Origin: an uncultured Neomegalonema sp.
GTDB taxonomy: Bacteria > Pseudomonadota > Alphaproteobacteria > Rhodobacterales > Rhodobacteraceae
Direction of reading: 5' to 3'
Assembly (NCBI GenBank): GCA_937911325.1
Contig: CALDSD010000093.1
Span: 1-64,000 of the forward strand
Length of the DNA stretch: 64,000 bases
Part shown: positions 30,747 to 41,037 of the stretch, one piece after another
Numbering within the stretch: the first letter of the stretch is position 1
How the letters are laid out: every line of letters begins with the position of its first letter
Notes under the pieces: model-generated
What the model was told of the DNA's origin: nothing
What the model saw: only the letters and a program-made list of their open reading frames with translations
Databases searched by the model: none
Made by a program: the position numbers and the translations under genes

Positions 30747-32825
30747 GTGGCGCCCGCGAACCGCGACCTTACTCGACTGCTGTCTCCGCGTTCGATCGCA
30801 TTCATTGGCGGGCGCGACGCGGCGGAGGCCATCCGGGTCTGCCGCCGCTTTGGCTACGAGGGTGAGATCTGGCCGGTTAGCGCCTCGCGAACGGAGCTGG
30901 CCGGGGTCGCCGCGTTCAAGGACATCGCGTCACTGCCCGGCGTTCCGGACGCCGCGTTTGTCGGAGTGAACCGCGAAGCCAGTATCGACGTGATCGCACA
31001 GCTCCGCGGGTTGGGCGCCGGCGGAGCAATCGCCTATGCGTCGGGCTTCTCGGAATCCATCAGCGAGATCGACGGCGGCGCAGATCTGGAGGCGCGGCTG
31101 ATCGCGGCCGCCGGGGACATGCCGCTGCTGGGACCCAATTGCTACGGTTTCATCAACGCCGGCGTCGGCGCGAGCATCTGGCCGTCAGAGCACGGCGTCG
31201 CCCGCGCTGAGCGAGGCGTCGCGCTGATCAGCCAAAGCACCAATATCGCGATCTCGCTGACGATGCAGCGTCGCGGCCTCCCGATCGCCTTTGTCGGCAC
31301 GGTCGGCAACCAGGCGCAGACAGGACTTTCGAGCCTTGCGCGGGCGGCGTTGGCTTTGCCGACGGTGACCGCATTGGGTCTGCATGTCGAAGCGATCGAC
31401 GACGCGGCGGGCTTTGAGGCCTTGGCGTCGCTGGCGCGCGAGCTGGGCAAGCCGATTGCGCTGACGCAGACCGGTCGGACCGAGGCCGCGCAGAACGCAA
31501 CGCTGTCTCATACGGCGTCGCTGGCGGGTTCGCATGCGGCGTCCGACGCGTTCTACCGGCGGCTCGGCGTCGCACGTCTCGATACGCTGACGCAGCTCGT
31601 CGAAACGCTGAAGCTGCTTCACGTTCACGGACCCTTGCCGGGCGGCAGGATCGCGTCGATGTGCTGTTCCGGCGGCGAGACCGCATTGCTCGCGGATGCG
31701 ATCGACGGCCGCAAGGTGGTCTTCCCGCCCCTGAGCGACACGCACCGTGTTCGGGTGAAAGACACCCTGAACGACATGGTGCGCGTCCTGAATCCGCTCG
31801 ACTATCACACCTTCATCTGGGGGAATGAGGCCGCCCTGACCGAAACCTTTTCGGCGATGATGGGCGGCGGCGGACCGAGCGCGTTCGACATCGGGTTGCT
31901 GACCTTAGATTGGGTGCGGACGGATCGTTGCTCGGACGCTGACTGGTTGCCCACGGTCGCCGCCTTGCGAGCCGCCGCAAACCGATCGGGGTTGAAGGCC
32001 GGCACGCTCTCAACTTTGCCAGACAATATGCCTGAACCGATCGCGGAAAGGCTGATCACAGAGGGTCTGGTTCCCCTCTGCGGGGTCGAGGACGGGTTGA
32101 GCGCCGTCGAAGCCGCCGCATTCATCGGCGGCGCCTGGGCCAGGCCGGCGCCAGCGGTCTTGACGCCTGCGCCGAGAACGGATCGCACGACGCGGCTGCT
32201 GGACGAAGCGGCGGCGAAGGCCGAGTTGGCCGGCTCTGGCGTCCCGACGCCCAAAGGGCGCGCCGTCGAGGAAAACGCCGTCCGAAAGACAGCCGAAGAG
32301 ATCGGGGGAGCCGTTGCGGTGAAATGGCTCGGAACCGCGCACAAGACTGATCTTGGCGCCGTTCAGCTTGGTCTGTTCCCGGAAGAGGCCGCCGAAGCGG
32401 CGCAGGAAATGACGGACCGACTGGGGCCATCGAAGTTCCTGGTCGAGGAGATGGCCTCCAAGCCCGTCGCAGAGTTGATCGTCGGCGCAAAGCGCGACGC
32501 GCCTTACGGCGTGTCGCTCACCTTGGGCGCCGGGGGCGTGCTGACGGAGTTGCTTCGGGACACCGTGACGTTGCTTTTACCTGCGACGCGCGAGGAGATC
32601 CGAGACGCCCTCCTTTCCTTGCGGTCCGCGCCGCTGCTGAAGGGATATCGCGGTCAAGAAGGAGCCGACATAGACCTCGCGGTCGACGCAATCGAAAACC
32701 TTGCTCGCTACGCGATCGCTCGCGCCGATCGGCTGCTGGAAGTTGAAGTAAACCCATTGATGGTGTCCGCAACCGGCGCAACCGCCGTGGATGCGCTGAT
32801 CCGATTGGAGGTCGAAGATGACTGA
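30747..32825 (+). CDS. acetate--CoA ligase family protein, ADP-forming (fused CoA-binding + ATP-grasp domains)
   Basis: 692 aa with an N-terminal CoA-binding Rossmann domain and a C-terminal ATP-grasp domain. GTG start. Confidence 0.8.
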   Translation: MAPANRDLTRLLSPRSIAFIGGRDAAEAIRVCRRFGYEGEIWPVSASRTELAGVAAFKDIASLPGVPDAAFVGVNREASIDVIAQLRGLGAGGAIAYASGFSESISEIDGGADLEARLIAAAGDMPLLGPNCYGFINAGVGASIWPSEHGVARAERGVALISQSTNIAISLTMQRRGLPIAFVGTVGNQAQTGLSSLARAALALPTVTALGLHVEAIDDAAGFEALASLARELGKPIALTQTGRTEAAQNATLSHTASLAGSHAASDAFYRRLGVARLDTLTQLVETLKLLHVHGPLPGGRIASMCCSGGETALLADAIDGRKVVFPPLSDTHRVRVKDTLNDMVRVLNPLDYHTFIWGNEAALTETFSAMMGGGGPSAFDIGLLTLDWVRTDRCSDADWLPTVAALRAAANRSGLKAGTLSTLPDNMPEPIAERLITEGLVPLCGVEDGLSAVEAAAFIGGAWARPAPAVLTPAPRTDRTTRLLDEAAAKAELAGSGVPTPKGRAVEENAVRKTAEEIGGAVAVKWLGTAHKTDLGAVQLGLFPEEAAEAAQEMTDRLGPSKFLVEEMASKPVAELIVGAKRDAPYGVSLTLGAGGVLTELLRDTVTLLLPATREEIRDALLSLRSAPLLKGYRGQEGADIDLAVDAIENLARYAIARADRLLEVEVNPLMVSATGATAVDALIRLEVEDD

Positions 32826-33603
32826 GTCTCCGCTGAAACTTCGCCGCGACGGCGCCGTTCTGGAAGTCGTGCTCGAGCGCGGCAAGGCCAACGCCATCGA
32901 CGCGCCGACCTCGCGCGCGATGAGCCGCGTCTTCGCCGAGTTCCGCGACGACCCTGAGCTACGGGTCGCCATCATCACCGGCGGCGGCGAGAAGTTCTTC
33001 TGCCCGGGCTGGGACCTTAAAGCCGCAGCCGACGGCGAAGGCCCGGTGTCGGATTACGGCGAGGGCGGTTTCGGCGGTTTGCAAGAGCTGCCGAACCTCA
33101 ACAAACCGGTGATCTCGGCCGTCAACGGCATCGCCTTCGGCGGCGGGTTTGAGCTGGCGTTGTCCGCCGACATCGTCATCGCCGCCGAGCACGCCACCTT
33201 TGCGCTGCCGGAGATCCGTTCGGGCACGTTGGCCGACGCCGCGACCCTGAAGCTGCCAAAGCGCATCCCCTATCACATCGCGATGGAGATGCGCTTCACA
33301 GGCCGCGTGCGGACCGCCGAGGAAGGCGCGCGTTGGGGCTTTGTGAACCGGACCGTCCCAGCGGACCAGCTGATGGAGGAGGCGCGCACCCTCGCCAGCG
33401 AACTTGCATCGGGCCCGCCCCTCGTGTTCGCAGCGATCAAAGAGGTCGTGCGCGAGGCCGAGGTCATGGGCTTTCAGCAGGCGCTCGACCGGGTCAACCG
33501 CCAGCAATTCGCAACGGTAAAGACGCTCTATAACTCAGAAGACCAGCTCGAAGGGGCGCGAGCATTCGCTGAAAAACGCGACCCAGAGTGGAAGGGCCGC
33601 TAG
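32818..33603 (+). CDS. enoyl-CoA hydratase/isomerase (crotonase) family, CaiD-like
   Basis: 261 aa with crotonase fold motifs (ITGGGEKFFCPGWDL, AVNGIAFGGGFELAL). Confidence 0.85.
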   Translation: MTESPLKLRRDGAVLEVVLERGKANAIDAPTSRAMSRVFAEFRDDPELRVAIITGGGEKFFCPGWDLKAAADGEGPVSDYGEGGFGGLQELPNLNKPVISAVNGIAFGGGFELALSADIVIAAEHATFALPEIRSGTLADAATLKLPKRIPYHIAMEMRFTGRVRTAEEGARWGFVNRTVPADQLMEEARTLASELASGPPLVFAAIKEVVREAEVMGFQQALDRVNRQQFATVKTLYNSEDQLEGARAFAEKRDPEWKGR

Positions 33604-33665
33604 CATTCCAAAGCCGCTCACAGTAAAGCCCGGGGCGTGGCGGTTCCCCTTGAGTGGTGCTTGGA

Positions 33666-35327
33666 ATGGAAGCTGATTTCGTAATCGTCGGCTCTGGGTC
33701 GGCGGGCTCGGCGATGGCGGCGCGTCTCTCGGAGGATGCGGCTCACAGCGTTTTGGTGCTTGAGTACGGCGGAACGGATTGGGGCCCGCTGATCCAGATG
33801 CCCGGCGCGCTGAGCTATCCAATGAACATGAAGCGCTATGATTGGGGCTACGTCTCTGAACCGGAGCCGCATCTGGGCGGACGCCAGCTTGCTTGCCCGC
33901 GCGGAAAGGTGATCGGCGGCTCCTCCTCGATCAATGGCATGGTCTATGTGCGCGGACATGCGCGCGACTTTGATCACTGGTCGGAGAGCGGCGCAGATGG
34001 CTGGGCGTACGCGGATGTGCTTCCATACTTTCTTCGGATGGAGAACTGGAACGACCGCGGACACGGCGGCGACCCGGATTGGCGCGGCAAGGACGGACCT
34101 CTGCATGTGACGCGCGGCAAGCGTGACAATCCGCTCGTTCACGCCTTCGTCGAAGCGGGGAAACAGGCCGGTTTCGAACTGACCGCCGACTATAACGGCG
34201 AGAAGCAGGAAGGCTTCAGCCCGATGGAGCAGACGACGTATCGGGGCCAGCGCTGGTCGGCCGCGAACGCCTATCTCAAACCTGCGTTGAAGCGATCCAA
34301 CCTCGACCTGGTGAGATGTCTGGTCCGCAAGATCGTCATCGAAGACGGTCGCGCTGTCGGCGTCGAGGTCGAACGCGGCGGCGCCTTGGAGACAGTCCGC
34401 GCGCGCAAAGAGGTGATCATTGCGGCGTCGTCGATCAACTCTCCGAAACTGCTGATGCTTTCCGGCGTGGGTCCAGCCGCGCATCTGGCCGAGAATGGGA
34501 TCGACGTTGTCGCCGATCGGCCGGGCGTCGGCCAAAACCTGCAGGACCATCTGGAGCTTTACATCCAGCAGGCGAGTACACAGCCGATCACGCTCTACAA
34601 ATACTGGAACCTGCCGGGCAAAGCCTGGGTCGGCGCACAATGGTTGTTCACACGCTCTGGTCCCGGCGCATCGAACCAGTTCGAAAGCGCCGCGTTCCTG
34701 CGCTCGAAGCCCGGCGTCGAGTACCCGGACATCCAGTATCATTTCCTGCCCATCGCCGTCCGCTACGATGGTCAGGCGGCTGCCGAGGGGCATGGCTACC
34801 AGGCCCATGTCGGACCGATGCGGTCGCCCTCGCGCGGATCGGTGACCCTGCGCTCGGCCGACCCGAAAGACCCGCCGAAGATCTTGTTCAATTACATGAG
34901 CCACGAGGACGACTGGGCCGACTTCCGCCATTGCATCCGATTGACGCGGGAAATCTTCGGCCAGGCTGCGTTTGATCCCTATCGGGGCAAGGAGATCCAA
35001 CCCGGGGCGGATGTCCAGAGCGACGACGCGTTGAACGACTTCATCCGGGAGCACGTCGAGAGCGCCTATCATCCCTGCGGCACCTGCAAGATCGGACGCC
35101 GCGACGATGCGATGGCCGTCGTCGACCCAGAGTGTCGCGTGATCGGCGTCGACGCGCTTCGCGTGGCCGACAGCTCGATCTTTCCGCGGATCCCCAACGG
35201 CAACCTCAACGGGCCATCGATCATGGTTGGGGAAAAGGCGTCCGACCATATCCTCGGCCGCGATCCGCTGCCGCGATCGAACCGCGAGCCCTGGATCAAC
35301 CCGCGCTGGCGCGAGGCCGATCGCTAA
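33666..35327 (+). CDS. betA: choline dehydrogenase-like GMC oxidoreductase
   Basis: FAD-binding [12 protein letters not shown] and GMC signatures. Start at the ATG at 33666 (MEADF...). The betA assignment rests on family similarity. Confidence 0.75.
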   Translation: MEADFVIVGSGSAGSAMAARLSEDAAHSVLVLEYGGTDWGPLIQMPGALSYPMNMKRYDWGYVSEPEPHLGGRQLACPRGKVIGGSSSINGMVYVRGHARDFDHWSESGADGWAYADVLPYFLRMENWNDRGHGGDPDWRGKDGPLHVTRGKRDNPLVHAFVEAGKQAGFELTADYNGEKQEGFSPMEQTTYRGQRWSAANAYLKPALKRSNLDLVRCLVRKIVIEDGRAVGVEVERGGALETVRARKEVIIAASSINSPKLLMLSGVGPAAHLAENGIDVVADRPGVGQNLQDHLELYIQQASTQPITLYKYWNLPGKAWVGAQWLFTRSGPGASNQFESAAFLRSKPGVEYPDIQYHFLPIAVRYDGQAAAEGHGYQAHVGPMRSPSRGSVTLRSADPKDPPKILFNYMSHEDDWADFRHCIRLTREIFGQAAFDPYRGKEIQPGADVQSDDALNDFIREHVESAYHPCGTCKIGRRDDAMAVVDPECRVIGVDALRVADSSIFPRIPNGNLNGPSIMVGEKASDHILGRDPLPRSNREPWINPRWREADR

Positions 35328-35338
35328 GACCAAGACCC

Positions 35339-36442
35339 CTAGATTTCACTGACCTGGTGCGCGGCGGTCGCAAGCCATTCCGGGTTGATCTCGACGCCCC
35401 ATCCCGGCGCGTCCGGAATGGTCGCGCGCCCGTCCTCGATCCGAAACGGATCGCCGAGGAACAGGCCCTCTTGCCACGGGTAGTAGTCCGGGCCCTCGAT
35501 CGAAAACTCGAGATACTTGCCTGCGTTCGGGATGGCGCCGAGCAGATGCATCGTGCAGATCGTGACAAGCGAGAGGTTCGCGCAATGCGGCGTGCAGGGA
35601 AGGCCGGCCGTCGCCGCCATCTCCGCGACCTGCAGGATCCGGGACAGACCGCCCATATACATGACGTCAGGTTGAACGATATCGACCGCGCGCATGGCGA
35701 TCATCCGCTCCCAGGTCGCCAGATCCCAGTCCTGTTCGCCGCCGGTCACGTCGAGCGAGAGCGCGTCGCTCACCTGCTTGGTCTGCTCGAGTTTCCAATA
35801 GGGGCACGGCTCTTCAAAATGACCAATCCCTTCGGCCTCGAGAAGACGGCCGACCTCGATCGCGCGAGCCGGCGAGAAACCGCTATTGGCGTCGACGAGT
35901 TTGGAGACGCCGTCGCCAAGCGCGCGCGACACGGTCGGAACCACCGCCTCGGTGCGGCCCGGCCATTCGTCGACGTCTTGTCCGCATTCGGCCCCAACGC
36001 GCCACTTGAACGCGTCGAACCCTTTTGCGTCTCGCAGACGGACGAGCCGGTCAGCTTCATCTTCGGGCGTGACGTCACGTTTCATCGACGACGCGTAGGC
36101 GCGCAGCGGGCCGGCCTTTCCGCCGATCAGCTCTACCACCGGCTTGCCCTCGACCTTGCCGCGCAAGTCCCACATCGCCGTGTCGAGCCCCGCCAACGCG
36201 CGGCAACGATAGCTGCCGGGAAACTTGTGCTCACGCGCTTCGACCAACTCCACCAGCGGCAAAATCTCGAACGCGTCCGCCCCTAGCGCCCAAGGCGCCA
36301 CCTGTCGGTGGAAGATCGTCGCCGTGATGTCGGCGTTGTAGGTCGACGTCTGACCCCAGCCGACCTCGCCGGCGTCGGTGGTCAAACGAACGAAACAGAC
36401 GAATTCGTTGGAAAAGGTCTCGAGTTTGGCGATGCGGCTCAT
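35339..36442 (-). CDS. mandelate racemase/muconate lactonizing enzyme (enolase superfamily) protein
   Basis: 367 aa with an MR/MLE N-terminal capping domain and a barrel carrying the metal ligands. Confidence 0.85.
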   Translation of the reverse strand: MSRIAKLETFSNEFVCFVRLTTDAGEVGWGQTSTYNADITATIFHRQVAPWALGADAFEILPLVELVEAREHKFPGSYRCRALAGLDTAMWDLRGKVEGKPVVELIGGKAGPLRAYASSMKRDVTPEDEADRLVRLRDAKGFDAFKWRVGAECGQDVDEWPGRTEAVVPTVSRALGDGVSKLVDANSGFSPARAIEVGRLLEAEGIGHFEEPCPYWKLEQTKQVSDALSLDVTGGEQDWDLATWERMIAMRAVDIVQPDVMYMGGLSRILQVAEMAATAGLPCTPHCANLSLVTICTMHLLGAIPNAGKYLEFSIEGPDYYPWQEGLFLGDPFRIEDGRATIPDAPGWGVEINPEWLATAAHQVSEI

Positions 36443-36455
36443 GGCGTACCGGCGA

Positions 36456-38060
36456 TCAGTTGGCGAGGATCTGGTCAGCAGCCTTATACGCCACCATCAT
36501 CGCCGGCGCATTGGTGTTGGCCGAGGTGATGTTCGGGAAGATCGACGCGTCCACCACGCGCAGCCCCTCGACGCCGTAGACCCGCAGCTGTGGATCGACA
36601 ACGCCGCCATCCTCTTGCGGAGCCATCCGGCAAGTGCCGCAGGGGTGATAGACAGAGGCCGACCGCGCTCGGAAATCGGAGACGATCTCATCGTCGGTCG
36701 CGTCGGTCGGATCAAACGGCGGTTCGACCGCGATCAAGGCGCGCATCGCTTCAGTCTCTTGCAAGCGACCAATCAATCGCGCGCCAGCGACCACTTCCTC
36801 GATGTCCTTGTTGGTGTCGAGATAATTCGGTCGAATGCGCGGCGCAGCGTCGGGATCCGGACTGCTGAGGTCGACCCGTCCCTGGCTCGTGGGTCGGCAC
36901 GAGTTGAAGCCAATGATGAAGCCCGGCCACGGATCGGGTTTGAAGAGCTCGCGTTTGTTCACGAGATCCGTCGAGTAACTCACCGGGTTGAAGTAGAGTT
37001 GCGTATCCGGGCGCGGCAGATCCGGGTCGCTGCGAACCATGCCGCCGAATTGATTGACGCCTATGCTGAGCGGGCCGGTTTGATTCAAGACGAAGCGGAT
37101 CCCCGCCGCGATAAGACCGGTCCAACTGCCCAACACGTTGTTGAGCGTCGGTTTGACGGCGCGATAGAAGTAGTTGACCCCAAGATGGTCCTGCATTGCG
37201 CCGCCGACGGCGTCGGCGCCGTGGACGACGTCGATGCCCATCGCGCTCAGGGATCGCCCCGGCCCCACGCCCGAGCGTTGCAGCAACATCGGCGATCCGA
37301 TCGCGCCGGCGGCGAGCAGAACCTCTCCATGCGCGCGCACCGCGACGGTCTCGCCACGGAACGTGTAGTCGACCCCGGCGGCGCGCCGGCCTTCAAAACG
37401 GACTTTCTGGACATAGGCGCCGCTGCGGACCTCCAAGTTGGGCCGCCGACGCGCGGGCCTCAAAAAGGCGACAGCGCTCGAGCAGCGCCATCCCCGCCGG
37501 GTTGTGACGTGGTAGCCGCCGACGCCTTCAGGTTCTGGACCGTTGACGTCCGGCGCATGGCGCAACCCGAGTTCAGACGCCGCGTCAAGAAAATGGCTTT
37601 TGACAGGATGATAATCGGCGTCGCGATTGCAGACCCACAGCGGTCCTTCGCCTTTTACGCCAGTGTCGGCCACTCGGCGCTCGAACCGCTCATAGACGGT
37701 TGAGACCTCATCCCATCCCCACCCTGGATTGCCGACGTCGCGCCAATCGTCATAGTCCACCGGCATGCCGTGCGAATAGACCATCGCGTTGATCGAGCTC
37801 GATCCGCCCAGAACCTTGCCGCGCGGGAAGTAGATCGGCCGATCGCCCAACGCTGGCTCCGGCTCGGAGTTGTATTTCCAATTGACCGAGGCGTCGAAAA
37901 ACGTCTTGCCGTAGCCGATCGGCATGTGGATCCAGAAGCTGCGATCCTCGCCCCCGGCTTCGAGCAGCAAGACACGATTGTGCGGATCGGCGCTCAACCG
38001 GTCCGCCAGAACGCATCCGGCGGACCCGCCGCCGACGATCACATAGTCGAATTCATCCAT
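36456..38060 (-). CDS. GMC family oxidoreductase
   Basis: DYVIVGGGSAGCVLADRLS FAD motif and GMC signatures. Start taken at the ATG at 38060 (MDEFDYVIV). Confidence 0.8.
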   Translation of the reverse strand: MDEFDYVIVGGGSAGCVLADRLSADPHNRVLLLEAGGEDRSFWIHMPIGYGKTFFDASVNWKYNSEPEPALGDRPIYFPRGKVLGGSSSINAMVYSHGMPVDYDDWRDVGNPGWGWDEVSTVYERFERRVADTGVKGEGPLWVCNRDADYHPVKSHFLDAASELGLRHAPDVNGPEPEGVGGYHVTTRRGWRCSSAVAFLRPARRRPNLEVRSGAYVQKVRFEGRRAAGVDYTFRGETVAVRAHGEVLLAAGAIGSPMLLQRSGVGPGRSLSAMGIDVVHGADAVGGAMQDHLGVNYFYRAVKPTLNNVLGSWTGLIAAGIRFVLNQTGPLSIGVNQFGGMVRSDPDLPRPDTQLYFNPVSYSTDLVNKRELFKPDPWPGFIIGFNSCRPTSQGRVDLSSPDPDAAPRIRPNYLDTNKDIEEVVAGARLIGRLQETEAMRALIAVEPPFDPTDATDDEIVSDFRARSASVYHPCGTCRMAPQEDGGVVDPQLRVYGVEGLRVVDASIFPNITSANTNAPAMMVAYKAADQILAN

Positions 38061-38192
38061 GAAACGGGCCCGCGCTCCGGTCTCCAAGCCCCACGAGAAT
38101 CCGAGCAGAGAGGATCGTCCGCAAATCCAGACGCGACAAAGCAGGTCGTTTTCGCGGCTTTCCGTAACGTCATCTTGGGCAGAGCGGGCCGA

Positions 38193-38954
38193 TCAGACTT
38201 TGGGGTCTGGGTTTTCCGTGTGGCCGTCGACCGCGATCACCTGGCCGGAAATCAGCCGCGCGGCGTCCGATCCCAAGAACACCGCCATCCCGGCGACGTC
38301 CGCGGCGGTCACCCAACTGCGCATCGAGGATCCGGCCGCGTAACCGCTATAAATTGCGTCCCGGGTCGTTCCCTTCGCCGCCGCTTCGCGCTCGAGAACG
38401 CCTTCCATCCGCGGCCCTTCGACGGCGCCCGGACAGATCGCGTTCGCGCGGACGCCATGCGGACCCAGTTCCATGGCCACGGTCTTCATCAAACCAATCA
38501 CGCCCCATTTCGCCGCGCAGTATGGCGCGCGGTTCGGGTACCCATAGAGCCCCGCGGTCGAGGATGTGAAAACAATGGAGCCGCCGCCTTGCCGTCGCAT
38601 CATCGGCGCGACGTGCTTCGCGGTCAGGAAGGCGCCCTCGAGGTTCACCGCGATACAGCGGCGCCAGTCCGCCAGATCGACCTGTTCGATGCCGGCCGTC
38701 GGCCCCGCGACTCCCGCGTTCGCGCACAAAACGTCGAGACCGCCCCAGTCTGCGGCGATCTTGTCGAACAGGCCGGCGACCTGCTTTTCGTCAGAGGCGT
38801 CCAGCTCGGAGCGCCGCCACGCGTCAGGCGCGGCCGCAAGCGCGGCCGCGTCAATGTCGGCGATCCAGACCTGCGCTCCGGCATCGGAAAACGCTTCCGC
38901 CATCGCCAGGCCGATACCATTGGCGCCGGCGGTGATCAGAACACGCTGCGTCAT
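38193..38954 (-). CDS. SDR family oxidoreductase
   Basis: TAGANGIG Rossmann motif and a YxxxK catalytic motif. Confidence 0.85.
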   Translation of the reverse strand: MTQRVLITAGANGIGLAMAEAFSDAGAQVWIADIDAAALAAAPDAWRRSELDASDEKQVAGLFDKIAADWGGLDVLCANAGVAGPTAGIEQVDLADWRRCIAVNLEGAFLTAKHVAPMMRRQGGGSIVFTSSTAGLYGYPNRAPYCAAKWGVIGLMKTVAMELGPHGVRANAICPGAVEGPRMEGVLEREAAAKGTTRDAIYSGYAAGSSMRSWVTAADVAGMAVFLGSDAARLISGQVIAVDGHTENPDPKV

Positions 38955-39039
38955 CGGTCGACCGAACGCCCGTCTTTCATCGCGACCATCCTGTCAACTT
39001 GCGTCCGCGTGAGGCCATAGCGACCTCACGCGGGTTTCC

Positions 39040-40611
39040 TCAGGCGAAGGACCAGCGCTCGAACCAGCGATGGCCATCCTTGTCCCAATGGGACGAGAAG
39101 CTGTCGCCGCCGGTGTCGATCTCACCATTTGTCGCAAAGACGTAGTTCGCGAACATCGGGATGATCGCGCCGCCGTCTTCGCCACAGATCGCCTGCATCT
39201 CGTAGTACATCGCGCGCCGCTTGGCGTCGTCGAGCTCGGCGCGAGCCGCGACAAGAAGTTCGTTGAAGCGCCCATTGTCCCAGAAGGTGTCGTTCCAGGC
39301 GGCCCCGGCGGCGTAGGCGGTGGTGAACATAGCGTCCTCCGTCGGGCGCCCGCCCCAGTACACTGCGCTGAACGGATGCTTCATCCAAACATCGGCCCAA
39401 TAGCCGTCGTTCGGCGCACGCTTGACCGTCAGATCAATTCCAGCGGCCGACGCCGAGTTCTGGAACAAGACGCCCGCGTCGACCGCGCCGGCGAACGCCG
39501 CGTCCGCGGCGGCAAGTTCAACGCTGAGGCTGTCGAGCCCAGCCTCCTTCAGATAGAACTTCGCCTTATCCGGATCGTACTCGGTCTGCGCCATCTCGTC
39601 GTTGAAGTAGCGCTGGCCGCGGCCGATCGGGTGGTCGTTGCCCAACGACCCGTAGCCGAACAGGATCTTGTCGACGAGTTCCTGGCGGTTGATCGCGTAT
39701 TTCAGCGCGCGCCGAACGTTGGCGTCGGTGAACGGCTCCTTGTTCGTCGACATCGCGAAGGTGTAGTGCTGGTTCCCCGCGACGGAGTGGATCTTGATCG
39801 CCGGGTTACGCGCCAGAAGGCCGACGGTTTTCAGATCGATCCGGTCGACCATGTTGACGTCGCCCGAGACGAGCGCCGTGGTCCGAGCGTTGGCGTCGAC
39901 GACCGACAGGACCTCGATCTCCTCGAAGAAGCCGCGGCCGGAGTCCCAGTCGTTTTCGTTTCGCGTGTAACGCGCTCTCACGCCGGCCTCGAACTCCTCG
40001 ATCTTGTAGGGCCCGCAGCCGACGCCCGACTGCCAGTCGATGCTGCCGTCGCCTGTCGCCGGCATGACCGGAAGGTGGTAGTCGGTGAAGGTCGTCGGGA
40101 AGTCGGCGCTGCCCGAGTTCAGCTCGACCACGACGACATCGCCGTCGGCAGTGACGTTCGTGACCGCGTCGAGAAGCGGCTTGGCGACGGAGGTCGAGTC
40201 CTCGCTGCGATGGAAATTGATCGAGGCGATCACGTCCTCGGCCGTCACGGTCTTCCCGTTGTGGAACTCCACGCCCGACCGGAGCTTGAAGCGCCATGTG
40301 GCCGCGTCCGGCGACGCTTCCCAGCTTTCAGCGAGCTGCGGCTCGAGCGAGCCGTCGCGTGCGATGCCCGTCAGAAAGCCGCCATAAGCGTAAGACTGTC
40401 CGTTGACGAAGTCGTTTCCCCACATGCCTGGGGTGAGGGTGTCGGGCGTCGAACCGTGTCCCCGCGCGGCGCGTAAGATGCCGCCGCGCGACTGAGCGGC
40501 GCGCGCGCCGCCGGGGAACAACGAGCTTCCAAAACCAGCCGCCGCCCCCGCAGCTGCGGTCGTTTGCAAAAAGGATCGACGGTTTAGACCGCGCTTAATC
40601 TTCTTTCCCAT
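39040..40611 (-). CDS. ABC transporter substrate-binding protein (family 5, peptide/opine type), Tat signal
   Basis: RRSFLQ twin-arginine motif and an SBP_bac_5 body. It is paralogous to the SBP at 46557..48158. GGAGG RBS. Confidence 0.85.
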   Translation of the reverse strand: MGKKIKRGLNRRSFLQTTAAAGAAAGFGSSLFPGGARAAQSRGGILRAARGHGSTPDTLTPGMWGNDFVNGQSYAYGGFLTGIARDGSLEPQLAESWEASPDAATWRFKLRSGVEFHNGKTVTAEDVIASINFHRSEDSTSVAKPLLDAVTNVTADGDVVVVELNSGSADFPTTFTDYHLPVMPATGDGSIDWQSGVGCGPYKIEEFEAGVRARYTRNENDWDSGRGFFEEIEVLSVVDANARTTALVSGDVNMVDRIDLKTVGLLARNPAIKIHSVAGNQHYTFAMSTNKEPFTDANVRRALKYAINRQELVDKILFGYGSLGNDHPIGRGQRYFNDEMAQTEYDPDKAKFYLKEAGLDSLSVELAAADAAFAGAVDAGVLFQNSASAAGIDLTVKRAPNDGYWADVWMKHPFSAVYWGGRPTEDAMFTTAYAAGAAWNDTFWDNGRFNELLVAARAELDDAKRRAMYYEMQAICGEDGGAIIPMFANYVFATNGEIDTGGDSFSSHWDKDGHRWFERWSFA

Positions 40612-41037
40612 TTAAGCCTCCAGAACTCTATGTTTCTTCTCGCCCATTCCGGTACGCACACAATGACCCAACGCGATGCGTCAAAGCGTTTCCGGAACAG
40701 ACCCGGAATTGGCTTCGCAAGCTAACTCACGTTGTATGAGACTTTGCAAGCGCTTGCGCTTTCGCATCTCCGGTTGATGAGGCGTTTTCGCAAGCTCCGG
40801 CGACGGATTGGTCGGGTTCCGGTTCTTTGAAAACAGACGTTTGCTCAAGATCCGAGCAATTCCGGTTGACCCGGTCGGGATTTCGAGCGTTGGTTGACGG
40901 CAGAGACAGTTCTCAGCTGTCGAAGACCTGCAGCAAAGGCAGCCTTCATGCGCTGGTTCCTTCCTCGCCGGTCCAAAAGCCCCGCCCCGACCCCCTCGGA
41001 GGCGCATAAAGAACACACGCCAAAGGAGGTTTCCCGG

